From NCBI RefSeq assembly GCF_009914755.1, contig NC_060947.1: a DNA stretch of 64,000 nt. The stretch is one strand, 5' to 3'. A program made the position numbers and the translations under genes. The stretch is from the human T2T-CHM13v2.0 reference genome, Homo sapiens. This document shows positions 44,714 to 58,188 of this stretch, piece by piece. Numbering within the stretch: position 1 is the first letter of the stretch; every line of letters starts with the position of its first letter. The notes under the pieces were generated by a model, which saw nothing but the letters and a program-made list of their open reading frames with translations, did no database searches and was not told where the DNA came from.

Positions 44714-46039
44714 CTAAAATTCTCTTATCTAGCCTTCTGGCATCTTATCATCAGCATGTGGAATGATAGTTGCTGATGTTGTCAAACCTATGATAACATG
44801 ATGAACTTCCCAGAGTTAATTTCGGTTAACACTAGCACCTTCTGAAATGTGAGCCAATTTCAATACTGCAATGCCAAGCTTTCCTTTCAGCCATTTTGCC
44901 CTTATCTCCCACAATGCTATAGAAAGTAGTGATCTTAAAAGATGACAGAGCCAACACCAAATGACATAAATTCTACTTAAAATGTTTGCTCATAGGATCA
45001 AAGAAGAAAAAGGTACACTTGTTTTTCAGTGATATGTTCGATCCATCATTAGAGAATATTGCAAGCATTACTAGAGTTATTAAAATTATTCATTTTAAAT
45101 TATTAAAATTATGTCAGCTGAAACAGTCAAAACATAAATTAAAGGCTCAGAAGGTCTTTAAAAATATCTAATCAGTTTTGTTAATGTGTGAAAAAAACAG
45201 TTCAAGTGTCATTTATTGAAATCAGGCTTAAAGTGTACCATTCAACAGTTTAAAGCCTACACCAGGTACATCTGATCATTGTAGGACTAGATGCTATATA
45301 AAAAATGATTCACTATATATTCTCACAAGGCACATTATGCAACTCCAAAATACTCTCTTTCAGTACTTTATGAGGGACACAAATGTGTAATTGTCAAATA
45401 TGACAATAATGTCTAATTAAGAAAGTACATATACATATATAATATGTATATGTATGCACATACATTTGACTTTGCTTTTCTAACTTAAAATTTAACTTAA
45501 TGCCTTATATTGCCTTATTTTGTAGCACTCATTTATAATTTCGTCTTGAACATGAAATGGACTTTCACTTCATTTCATTTGCTGCTTACTTAGAAAGTAT
45601 CATGATTTCAGTTCAATGTGAAAATGCTACCTGTATTGTTCAACCTGAAATTAAGTGTCTCTGTTCAGTGCTTACATTTACTTTCAACACAGTTTCTTTA
45701 TGTGTGTAAATGAGTTCTGAAATAATAGAAAAAATGAGAAGTTGCATGAAAATGATGAACATTTTCAAATTCGTGATCTAAATTCAGATTCACCGAGTTC
45801 CTCTGTAAAATACTTGTTAAGAAAACATGTATTTCTCACCATGAGTAGTGCCTTTTTTCCTGTGGTTTATCTATTTAGAACAAAACTTTAATGATTTATT
45901 TAATCTCTCCCTAAGATCCTTTTCACGATGGCGAAAGAGAGCAAAAAACATCTATGGTTCAGAATAAATAAAACAAAGTCATCTCACTGAAATATACATA
46001 AAAAGAAACTCAAGTATATTATTAATAGAGCAGCATATG

Positions 46040-46500
46040 TATTTTTATTTAATATATTTTAATAGACATAATAATTGAACATATTTATGGGGTACATAGT
46101 GATGCTTTGATACATACAATGCATAGTGATCAAATCAGGGTAATTAGCATATCAATCACTTAAAGCATTTATGATTTCTTGTAGTGGGAATATTCGAAAT
46201 CCTCTCTTCTAGCTTTTTGAAAACATATCATAAATTATTGTAAACTAGAGTAATCCTACAGTGCTATAGAATGCTAGAACTTAATCTTCCTATCTAGTTG
46301 TAATTTTGTATCCTTTAATGAATGTCTCCCTCTCTCCTCTTCTCCCTACGCTTTGTAGCTTCTAGTAACCGCAATTCTACTCTCTACTTACGTGGGATCA
46401 AATTTTTAGTTTCCAAATATAAGTGGAAACATGCGGTATTAATCCTTTGTGCCTGGGTTATTTCACTTAGTATAATATGCTTCAGGCTCACCCATATCTG
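46040..46500 (-). mobile_element. Old L1MA 3' fragment
   Basis: 'catatttatggggtacatagtgatg...caaatcagggtaattagcatatc'. Confidence 0.85.
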
Positions 46501-46677
46501 TGTATTCATTTAAAAAGCATATTAAATGTGCTATGAAATAAAGGGTTTGCATTTTTCCTATTGTAATATCATAAATATCTTCCTTGGATATCTAGGTACT
46601 CTCTCACTTATATAGTTAAAAAATAAACCCATGATTATTTTAGTATAAATTTCTGGAATAGTTTTCTTTCTGAATTT

Positions 46678-49230
46678 TTTAAATTTTAATTTATTTTTGT
46701 ATATAGTAAGTATATATATTTATGTGATACCTTGGATATTTTGAATCAGGCATGCAATATGTAATAATCAAATCATGGAGAATGGGCTACCCATCTCCTC
46801 AAGTATTTCTCCTTTATGTTACAAACCATCCAATTATATTCATTTAGTTATTTTTAAATGTATAATTAAATTATTATCGACTATAGTCATCCTGTTGTGC
46901 TATCAAATACTTGGTCTTATTAATTCTTTCTAACTATTTTTGCACTCATTAACCATCCCCATCTAAATCCCACCACACACTACCCTTCCCCGCCCTGGGT
47001 AATCATCCTTTTACTTTCTATTTCCATGAGTTCAGTTGTTTTGATTTTTAGATCCCACAAATAAGTTAGAACATATGATGTTTATCTTTCTGTTCCTGGC
47101 TTATTTCACTTAACATAATGATCTCCAGTTCCATTCATATTGTTGCATATGACTGGATCTCATTCTTTTTTATGGCTAAAGAGTACTCCATTGTATATAT
47201 GTACCACATTTCTTTCTCTATTCATCTGTTGATGGAAACTTAGGTTGCTTACAAATCTTAGCTACTGTGAACAGTGCTCCACAAACATAGGAGTGCAAAT
47301 GTCTCTTTGATATACTGATTTCCTTTCTTTTTGGTATATGCCAAGCAGGGGAATTGCTGGATCATATGGTAGCTCAATTTTTGTTTTTTTGAAAAAACTC
47401 CAAACTGTTCTCTAGAGTGGTTGTACTAATTTACATTTCCACCATCAGTGTACTAGGGTTCCCTTTTCTCTACATCTGTGCTAGCATTTGTTATTGCCTG
47501 TCTTTTGGATAAAAGCCAATTTAACTGGGTTGAGAGGATATCTCATTGTAGTTTTGATTTGTATTTCTTTTTCATATACTTGTTTGACATTTGTATTTCT
47601 TCTTTTGAGAAAGTTCTATTTAAATCTTTTGCCCATTTTTTTTTTGCTCAGATTATTAATTTCCTATAGACTTGTTTGAACTCCTTATATATTCTGTTTA
47701 TTAATTTTTGTCAGATGGGTAGGTTGCAAATATTTTCTCCCCTTCTGTGGGTTGTCTCTTCACTTTGTTGATAGCTTCCTCTGCTGTGCAGAAGCTTTTT
47801 AACTTAATGTGATCTCGTTTGTTTATTTTTGCTTTGGTTGTCTGTGCTTGTACTCATGAAATTTTTGCCCAGACCAATGTCCTAGAGAGTTTCTCCAATG
47901 TTTTCTTGTTGTAGGTTCATAGTTTGAAGTCTTAGATTTAAATATTTAATCCATTTTGATTTTATTTTTGTATAGGATGAGAGGAGGGTCTAGTTTTAGT
48001 CTCCATACAAATATCCAATTTTCCCAGCCTCATTTATTGAATAAACTGTCTTTTCCCAAGAGTATGTTCTTGGCATTTTTGTCAAAAATGAATTCATTAT
48101 AAGTGTGTGGATTTAATTCTGGGTTCTCTATTCTGTTCCATTGGTCTATGTGTCTGTTTTAATGCCACCAGGCTGTGTTGGTTACTATAGCAGTGTAGTA
48201 TAATTTGAAGTCAGGTAAGGTGATTCCTCTAGTTTTTTTTTTTTTTCTCAGGATAGCTTTGATAATTTGGGAATTTTTGTGATTCCATATAAGATTCAGG
48301 ATGATTTTTCTAGTTCAAAGAGTAATGCCACCAGTATTTTGATAAAGATTGCATTGAGTCTGTAGATTGCTTTGAGTATTATGGATGTTTTAACAATATT
48401 AATTTTACCATTTCATGAACATGGAATATCTTTCAATTTTTTGGTGTCCTCCTCAATTTTTTTCATCAGTCTTTTATAGCTTTCATTACAGAGATCTCTC
48501 ACTTTTGGTTAATTCCTAGGTATTTACTTTTATTTGTTACTATTGTAAATGGGATAACCTTTTAAAATTTCTCTTACAGATTGTTCCTTGTTGGCATATA
48601 AAAATACTACTGCATGTTAATTTTTTATCCTGCAACTTTACTGACCTTGTTCATGAGTTCTAACAGTTTCGTTCGTGCAGTCTTAGGTTTTTCCAAATAT
48701 AAGATCATATCAGCTATAAACAAGGATAATTTGATTTCTTTCACTCCAGTTTTGATGCCCTTTGTATCTTCTCCTGTATGATTGTTCTAGCTAGTTCTTG
48801 CTACTATGTTGAATTACAGCAGTGAAAGTGGGCATCCTTTCAAGTTTCAGGTGTTAGAGAATAGGCTTTCCATTTTTCCCCATTCAGTATTATACTTGCT
48901 GAGGTTCTGTCATATATGGCTTTTATTGCATTGATGTATGTTCCTTCTATACCCATTTCTTTGAGGGTTTTTTAATCATAAAGGAATGCTAAATTTTTTC
49001 ATATACTTTCAGCATCAGTTGAAAAGATCATATGGATTTTATCCTACCTTCTGTTTATATGATTTATCACATTGATTGATTTTTGTGTGTTGAACCACTC
49101 TTGCATCCCAGGGGTAAATCTCACTTGGTTATAATGAATAATCTTTCTATTGTGTTTTTGAATTTGGTTTGCTAGTATTTTCTTGGAAATTTTTGCATCA
49201 ATACTCATCACGGATATTGTCCTGCAATTT

Positions 49231-49282
<52 letters not shown>

Positions 49283-50059
49283 CTTGATGTGCCTTTGTCT
49301 GCTTTTGGTATCAGGATAATATTGGCCTCATAGAATGAATTTGAAAGTATTCCATCCACCTCTATTTTTAAGAATTGTTTGAGTAGCATCCTTATTAGCT
49401 TTTCTTTACATGTTTGGTAGAATTCAGCATTGAAGTCGTCGGGTCTCGGGCTTTTTTAACTGGGATTTTTTTTTTTTATTAAGACTTTGGTCTCATTACT
49501 TGTTATTTGTCTGTTCGGGTTTCAGAGTTCTTCCTAATTCAATTTTATTGGGTTGTGCATGTCTTGGAATTTGTCTATTTCTTCTAGATTTTCCAATTTA
49601 TAGGCATATAGTTGCTCATAGTAGCCACTAATGACCCTTTGAATTTCTTGCAGCATCAGTTGTAGCGTCTCCTTTAGCATTTCTAGTTTTCCATATTTGA
49701 ATCTTCTCTTTTTTTATTAGTCAGTCTAGCTAAAAGTTTGTCAATTTGTTTAACTTTCCCAAAAACCAACTTTTTTCACTCATCTTTTGTATTGTTTTAA
49801 TTTTAATTTTATTTATTTCTATTCTAATCTTTTTTTTCTTATACTAATTTTGGTTTGGAATGCTTTTGATTTCCTAGTTCTTTAAGACGCATCATTAGAT
49901 TGTTTATTTGAAGTTTTTCTCCTCTTTTTTGATGTAGGCAAATATAGCTATAAACTTTCTTCTTAACACTGCTTTTGCTGTATCCCATAGGTTTTGGTGT
50001 TATATTTCCATTATCATTCAATAGGTTGAGTTTTCTATTCCACCATCTTGCTCCCCCTC
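46678..50059 (-). mobile_element. L1MA-type element: 3' UTR plus about 2.8 kb of ORF2 fused directly to the L1 5' tip
   Basis: Antisense L1MA 3' end and ORF2 ([16 protein letters not shown]); 5' tip at 50028-50059; candidate TSD ctttct(g/t)aattt at 46666-46677 and 50060-50071. Confidence 0.92.
49233..49280. repeat. (GT)n microsatellite, about 24 units
   Basis: Uninterrupted gt run inside L1. Confidence 0.97.
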
Positions 50060-51049
50060 CTTTCTTAATTTCTGGAGTTCTAGATAAACTTTCAAAACCA
50101 CCCACTGCGTTACTCAGAATAGAGAATATGAATGTGTTGCAGAAGTGACAAAAATTCAGGAGTAAAAGCTTGGTAAATTCAGCATCTCATTCTCCATTAT
50201 GGGAAAATATTCTTTATTTACACAGAGTCAGTTTTACTCAAATTGGAAGAATACTAAATCTTCACTGTTAATCAACCAAGAAAAAATTTTTTAATCATAG
50301 AACAGTCGGTTTTAGAGGTAGAATATGCCTTGATTCTTCTCAACATTTTTCACCAACGTATCTCTATCTGCAAAGAAGAGTTAACTGGCCACTCTGATGA
50401 CCTGTAAGTTCCTCAAAACATACTATTTATTGTAAGTATTGTGTTTTAGTTGTGGAAAACAAAGATATTCTACATTCTACTCTTCAATGTCTTGTATACA
50501 GCAAGAAGAGGAAATGCCACCTTTCTATGCCATATTTTATGCATGCCACTTTCTTTAAATCAGTTAAAAGACTTGCATTATTTACAGCTAAACACTAAAA
50601 TTTAGCCTGATATTCCAGGCCCTAAAGAATTTTTTAAAAATTACTATTATTATTTTTAAAAATTTTATGGGTACAGGGTAGGTGTATTTATTTATGGGGA
50701 AAATGACATAACCTAGTTGAAGCCTTAAACCCCTTAGAATCAGAGGGACTTTATTAATTACATAGTTCAAACATATATATCTAACTATAACCCCTTTGAT
50801 AATCCTCCATTTTTATAACTATTCTTCAGCCTATAGCACTTAGCAACTCTTAATTTTTAAATGGATATATTATTAATTTTTGAATTGAATATCACCTCTT
50901 TGCTCTGAATTTTTTATTAACTCTTTAATGGCTACAAAAAATAATTGAAATAAGTTTGTTCTTATCATCTGTTTTCTGTTTTCTATAACTTACACCTATT
51001 TTTGTCATTTTCTATATGGCATATTCTTCTCCTAATGTGAACTGTGAAC

Positions 51050-51480
51050 TAAGAAGGGTCCTGCAAAGGAGCCTCACTTTCTTCTTGGCATGCCTTTATA
51101 TAAGCTAGCTCTTCCCACTGTCAACTTCCCACTTCCCACCAAACTTTCCATACTGTCTAAGGTTATTCTTTGTTTCCTTAGCCCTCCAAAGCCTCTCAAT
51201 TCTCATTTTAGCACTTTCTAGTGTAATTAACTTGTTTACAAATGTGTATTCTCTATTATAATATCAGAGCCTGAGTAGCAGGGTTTCGCGACGTATATTT
51301 TTGTTTCTGCAATGCTTAACCCAACACCTGGTGCAACATAGGAACCTCATAACTTTTAAAATGCATGCTGAATAATAGTATCAGAAAGAATCTTAGAGAT
51401 CATCCAGTTCTACATCTTCACTATTAAAGAAAATAAAATTAAGGCCCACACAGCAGAAGTGGTTTGCTAAGTTTATAAGG
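51050..51480. mobile_element. Degraded L2 3' end (+) followed by MIR (-)
   Basis: 'acacctggtgcaacataggaacctcataa', 'cttagagatcatccagttc...aaattaaggcccac'. Confidence 0.55.
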
Positions 51481-52071
51481 TTTAAACTTTGTTTGAAATG
51501 GAAGGGAATTTTTAATTCAAGTGTATAGTCTAAAACACAGAAGAAATATTTGACCTTCAGTACTTCTTTTAAATATGTACCTAGGATCTATCATGATGAT
51601 ATTTTAACATTCACATAAAAAAATTAGGTTTATGATAGGGAGGTTATTTTTCAACTTCTCAAAGGACCTGAAATTTTGACAGAAAAATGTCTAATATTTT
51701 CTGGAATATAATAATACTGTAATCCTGATATAACCAAAGGAAATACGAATCATACAGATTAGAGACTTCATGGAATATTTTAAAGTTTATTGTAGGCAGT
51801 GCTTGCAGTTTGGAGACGTCTGAGGTCTGAGATCTTAAACTAACACATTCATGACTTCAGATAAGTAGTGCTATGGCTATTGTATTTCCAAAGCCATAGT
51901 TTCCCTTATGAAACAGCTGCTTGGTATTTGGATAGCACTTGCATTACCATCCCTTCTATTCAATTTTAGAAAGGTTCTGTCCTTCTCTGATTAAAAGAAT
52001 TATTGATCAAAAGTCTTATTTCATAAGCTATTATGACAGAGGCTCCTGGAAGGTCCTTTTGGCTAAACACA

Positions 52072-54407
52072 TGTATTAGCTTATTCTCACACTGCTATGA
52101 TGAAATACCCAAAACTGGGTAATTTGTAAAGGTAAGAGGTATAATTGACTCACAATTTCACATTGCTGTGGAGGCCTCAGGAAACTTACAATTATGGCAG
52201 AAGCCAAAGCAAGCACCATCTTTGCAGGGTGACAGAAAGGAGTGAGTGCTGAGCAAAATGTAAAAAGCCACTTATAAAACTATCAGATCTTGTGAGAACT
52301 CACTATCATGAGAACAGCATGGGGGTAACCACCACCATGAGCCAATTACTTCCCACTGGGTCCCTCCCATGACATGTAGGGATCATGAGAACAATAATTC
52401 AAGATAAGATTTGGGTGGAGACACAGCCAAACCACACAATTCCACCCCTGTCCCCACCCAAATCTTATATACTCACATTTCAAAACACAATAATACCTTT
52501 CCAACAGTCCCCCAGAGTTTTAGCTCATTCCAGCATTAACCCAAAAGTCCAAGTCCAAAGTCTCATCCAAGACAAGGCAAGTCACTTCTGCCTGTGAGCC
52601 TGTAAAATCAAAAGCAAGTTAGTTATTTTCTGGAAACAATGAAAGTATGGAAATTGGGTAATTCTATCTGTTCCAAGTGAGAGAAATTGGCAAAAACCAA
52701 GAGGCTACAGAACCTATGCAAGTACAAAACCCAACAGAGAAGTCAATAAATCTTAACACTCCAAAGCGATTTTCTTTAACTCCATGTCTCACATCCAGGT
52801 CACACTGATGCAAGAGGTGGACTCTCATGGTCTTAGGCTGGTCCACCCCTGTGGCTTTGTAGGGTACAGCCCTGCTCTGGGCTGCTTTCACAGGCTGGAA
52901 TTTACTGTCTGCAGCTTTTCCAGGTGCACATTGCAATCTGTTGGTGGACCTACCATTCTGGGGTCTGTGACCCTCTTCTCACAGCTCCACTAGGCAGTGC
53001 CCCAAAGGGGACTTTGTGTGAGGGCTCCAATTTCACATTTCCCTTCTGCACTGCCCTAGAAGAGGTTCTCCATGAGGGCTCCACCCATGCAGCAAACTTC
53101 TGCCTGGCTATCCAGGTGTTTCCATACATCCTCTGAAATCTAGTTGAAGGTTCCCAAAACTCAATTTTTCACTCTGTGCACCAGAAAGCCCAACACCATG
53201 TATAATTCACCAAGGCTTGGGGCTTGCACCCTCTGAAGCAACTTCCTTAGCTGTATGTTGACCTCTTCTAGCCATGGCTGAGATTGAAGCAGCTGGGATG
53301 CAAGGCACCATGCCCTGAGGCTGCACAGAGAAGGGCCCTGGGCCCAGCCCATGAAACCATTTTTCCTTCTAGGCCTCCAGGTCTTTGATGGAAAGAATTG
53401 CTGTGAAGGTCTCTGACATGCTCTGCAGACATTTCACCCACTGCCTTGGGAATTAGCATTCAGCTCCTTGTTAATTAGGCAAATTTCTGCAGAAGGCTTG
53501 AATTTCTCCCCCAGAAAATGAAATGGATTTCTCCTTTCTATTGCATCATGAAGCTGAAAATTTTCCAAACGTTTATGCTCTGCTTCCTCTTAATGCTTTG
53601 CCACTTAGAAATTTCTTCTGCCAGATACCCTAAATCATCTCTCTCAAGTTCAAAGTTCCACAGATCTCTAGAGCAGGGGCAAAATCCCACCAGTCTCTTC
53701 ACTAAAGCACAGCAAGAATCATCTTTATTCCAATACCCAAGAAATTTTTTATCTCCATTTGAAACCACCTCAGCTTGGACTGCATTGTCTATATCACTAT
53801 CAGCATTTTGGTCAAAGCCATTCAACAAGTCTCTGGGAAGTTCTAAACTTTCCCACATTTTCCTGTCTACTTCTGAGCCCTCCAAGCCTCTATGAAGGTC
53901 CAAACTTTCCCATATTTTTCTATCTTCTTTAGAGCCCTCCAAGCTGTTTCAATCTCTGCCTGTTACCCAGTTCCAAAGTTGCTTCCACATTTTCTAATGT
54001 CTTTATAGCAGTGCACCAGTACCTTGGTACAAATTTACTGTATTAGTTTATTCTCACAGTGACATGAAAAAAAAAACCTAGGGTGAATAATTTATAAAGG
54101 GAAGAGGTTTAATTGACTCACAGTTCTGCATTGCTGGGGAGACCTCAGGAAACTTACAATTATGGCAAAAGGCAAAGCAGGCACTTTCTTCACAGGGTGG
54201 CTGGATGGAGTGAGTGCTGAGCAAAGGGGGAAAAGCCCTTTATAATACCATCAGATCTTGTGAGAACTCACTAACATGAGAACAGCATGGGGATAACCAC
54301 CCTCATGATTCAATTATCTCCCACTGGTTCTCTCCCACAGCATATGGAGATTATGGAAACTACAATTCAAAATGAGATTTGAGTGGAGACACAGCCAAAC
54401 CATATCA
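52072..54407 (-). mobile_element. Full LTR-int-LTR MaLR provirus (THE1D/MSTA-like)
   Basis: LTRs at about 52072-52439 and 54039-54407, about 1.6 kb internal region, perfect TSD acaca at 52067-52071 and 54408-54412. Confidence 0.95.
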
Positions 54408-55680
54408 ACACATAATAAGTTTCACAGGTGACTCAGTATTTGAATATGCAGCATTCAAAACATCACAATTTAATCTTGACATTGTTCTTCCATCATAACG
54501 CAGGTTGAGTTGTTTTTTTCCCTGCCCATTTTTCTATGTGCCCAGACATATTGTAGAAAATAAAGTTGCTGAATGACTAGGTGAATGAGTTGTCTTTTAA
54601 AAAGGCACATGCTCATAGAAGAGTTACATTGTTACTAATAGCATAATATAAAAGAATATATCAAATAATGTTTAAACTCTCTGAAAATATGGAGTTCATT
54701 GGGAAGGAACTGGTTAAAGAGTAAGTTAGATTAAGACTTATGTGCTTGAAGTTCTATATGGAAACAAGAAAAAAAATAAGGTCATCCACTGCTACACTCA
54801 GCTTATGAGTGATTTGTCATGCTTTCCAGGACTAAGGAGATAAGATCAATTCTTTGTAAAGTATCATAAATCCTACTAAAAACTCTTGGAAAAATATTGG
54901 TGTAAACTCCTCTAAGTAGAAAAGATAAGAATAAATTTGAGATGATTAACTTTCTATCAAAACATTTTTCTTCCATTCTATAGACTAGTGTTTTGTTTAT
55001 ATTTGTCTTAGTAATTAAATAATTATAGATAGTTTCAGGATAACTTGCTGGTATCTTAACTTAATTGATCTTGATTAAGTAATCATGTTTATTTTAAGAT
55101 ATTAATTGCTATGTCAAGTAACAGTCAAACATAATTATCTTTGCTAGGTTTTAAAATTTGTTTCTAGCATTTAATATTTGAGAAATTATGAGTCATATAA
55201 TTAAATTTTGTTTAAAATTTAAGCTATGGGAACACTTTTTACATTTAATAATTATAATTTAAAATCCGTGCCAAAATTTCCATTGGGCATGTAGTTGATT
55301 TTACTTGTCATTGATTCAAAATAACAAGCAGCCACTTAGTAGATGTGTGGGAAGACATTTGGGTATTTTGTAATTAACTCAAAGGCTTTTGTATGAAAAA
55401 AGTGATGTCAAAAAAATCTGAAAATTATGTTCATGTGTATTGAGATGAGTGCATTGGGAAATTTATGAAAACAGAATCATTTGCAGGATTAAGAAAAAAG
55501 AATAAATAAAATGCTACATAATATGATCTACATTTCTGAATGTTTATGACTAATCAAATATTGATGCTTGTTAAATGAGCCTTTAAAAAAATACAAATAG
55601 AGCAAAGGAAGAGCAAGATTGTGAAATATAAGCCTAGGCTGTTTATCCCCCAAAAGGAATACCAAATTTTAACAAGTATC

Positions 55681-55683
<3 letters not shown>

Positions 55684-55715
<32 letters not shown>
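55684..55715. repeat. (AC)n microsatellite
   Basis: About 16 ac units within the L1 5' UTR. Confidence 0.95.
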
Positions 55716-55716
<1 letters not shown>

Positions 55717-58188
55717 ACTGTCATAAGAACCAAAATTTAAGTGAGCAATCATAGTACATGGTTTTAATATCATATCATTAAAAGAGGCACTGAGGAGGGG
55801 AGAAGAGACAGTCTTGAATTACTGGTGCCACCTCTCCTTCATCTAATAGCAGAGGTCTTGTGGTGCAGAAAGAGAAACTGTGCACTTTAGGGAGGAATAT
55901 TGCAGTGACTGGGGGACTTTACATTGAACTTAGTCCTGCCCTGTCATAGTGGAGAATGAAGCTGTGCTGGGCTTAGCCATCCCTTGCACATTGAGGGAGC
56001 ATTTGGACCAGACCTAGCCAGAGGGGTGTTCTGGTGGTCAGAACTTGAGTTTCTCAGCAAGCCTTGCCATCACAAACCGAATTGCTCGGGGTTTCTAGGT
56101 AAACATGAAAGGCAATGTGAGACACAAGGAATGCAATTGCGAGGCAACTCCTAGTGCTAGGCTGGGCTTAGAGTCAGTGAATTAGAGTGGCATGTGACCT
56201 AGGCAGACACCAGCTGGGGCAGCTAAGGGAGTCCTTGTGCCACCCCTCTCCCAAGCCCAGACAGTGCAGCTCGCAACAATAAAGTGACTCCTTCCTTCTT
56301 CTTAAGGCAAGGAAAGCAAAGAGTAAAAGGGACTTTTATTATGCATTTTGGATACCAGCTCAGCCACAGTAGGATAGGGCACTGGGCAGAATTGTGAGTC
56401 CCCCTTTCTAGGCTCTGTCTCACAGATGACTTATCTAGATACAACCGGGGCTGGAAGCAAACCCATGGCCTTGAAGGGAAGGAACCAGTTCTGGCAGTTA
56501 GTCATAAACTGCTGACTAAAGAACCCTTGGGCTCTGAATAACCAGCAGTGACTCATGTAGTGTTCCATGGGTGGTGGGTTCTGAGATATGCTGGCTTCGG
56601 GTGTGACCCAGCACATTTCCAGCTGTGCTGGCTACATTGAAAGACTCCACCTGTTTGAGAAAAGCAAAAGGAAAAGTTAAAGAAACATTGTTTTCTACCA
56701 GCTCATCCACAGCAGTTGGAGCAACAAGCAGGCCCTTGCTTTCCTTGTGTACAGACCTAGGTTCTTGGACATCATTTATGGACCTGCCCTAGGCCAAAGG
56801 GAAGACCACTGCCCTGAAGACTGAGTGCTAGACCTGACAGCAGTCACCACAAGCTGACTTGGTCTTTAAGTGAACATCAGTGGTGATCTGGCTGAACACC
56901 CATGAACTGGCGGTGGTTATGGCCACAGGGAGAAACTCCTCTGCCTTTGTAAAGGGGATGGAAGATGTAGAAGGACTTTGTTTTCTTGTGTGAGTGCCAG
57001 CTTAGCCACAATGGAAGAGAACATCAGGTAAACTGGTGAAACTTTTGATGCCAAGTCCTGGCTCCTAGACATCACTGGACATCTCCAAGTCCTGGGGAAA
57101 TCCATCACCCTTAAGAAAAGCGTCTTGGGCAAGACCCAGTGCTGTGCTGGCTTCAGATCTGGTGCAGCACAGTCTCAGTGATAGTGGCCATGGAGGTGCT
57201 TGCATCACAACATCCCCGGCCTCACATGGCTCAACACAGAAAGAGAGACTCTGTTTATTTGGGAGAAAGTAAGGGAAGACAATATGAGTCTCTTCCTGGT
57301 AATCTAGAGAATTCTTTTGGATCTTATTTAAGACTACCAAGGCAGTAGCTCTAGGAGTCCACAAAAACCACAGTGTTAGTGGGCTTGAAGCCCAAATCCT
57401 TTCAAATACCTGGATAGCCTTACCAAGAAGGACAATCCCAGGCTGTGAAAACTACAATAAATACCTGACTATTCAATGCTCAGACATTAATGAACTTGTA
57501 CGAGCATCAACACCACCCAAGAAAGTTTGCCCTCACCAAATGAACTAAATAAGGCACTGGGGACCAATCCTAGAAAAATAGAGATATATGACTTTTTAGA
57601 TAGAGAATTCAAAATAGCTGTGTTAAGGAATCTCAAAGAAATTCAAGATAACACAGAGAAGTTATTCAAAATTCTATCCAATAAATTTAACAAAGAGATT
57701 AAAATAATTAAAAGGAATCAACCAGAAATTCTGGAGCTGAAAAATTCAATTGACATACTGAAGAATGCATCCATCTTTGAATCACAGAATGCATCAAGCA
57801 GAAGAAAGAATTAGTGAGCTTGAAGAAAGGCTATAAAAAATACAAAGTCAGATGGGACAAAAAGAATTAAAAAAAACAAAGAAGCATCACTACAGTATCT
57901 AGATAAATAGGCTCAAAAGCACTAATCTAAGAGTTATTGGCCTTAAAGGGGAGGTAGGGAAAGAGGTATAGGCAGAAAGTTTTCTCAAAGGGATAATATC
58001 AGAGAACTCCCCAAACCTATCAAAAGATATCAGCATTCAAGTATAAGAAGGTTACAGAGCACCAGGCAGATTTAACCCAAAGAAGACTATGTCTAGGCAT
58101 TTAATAACCACACTCCCAAAGGTCATTGATGAGGAAAGAATCCTAAAAGCAGCAAGAGAAAAGAAACAACTAACATAAAATAGAGCTC

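Noticed and set aside
45426-45454. Perfect 13-bp-arm hairpin
   Set aside because: It is low-complexity (TA/CA/TG) sequence in which such palindromes are common.
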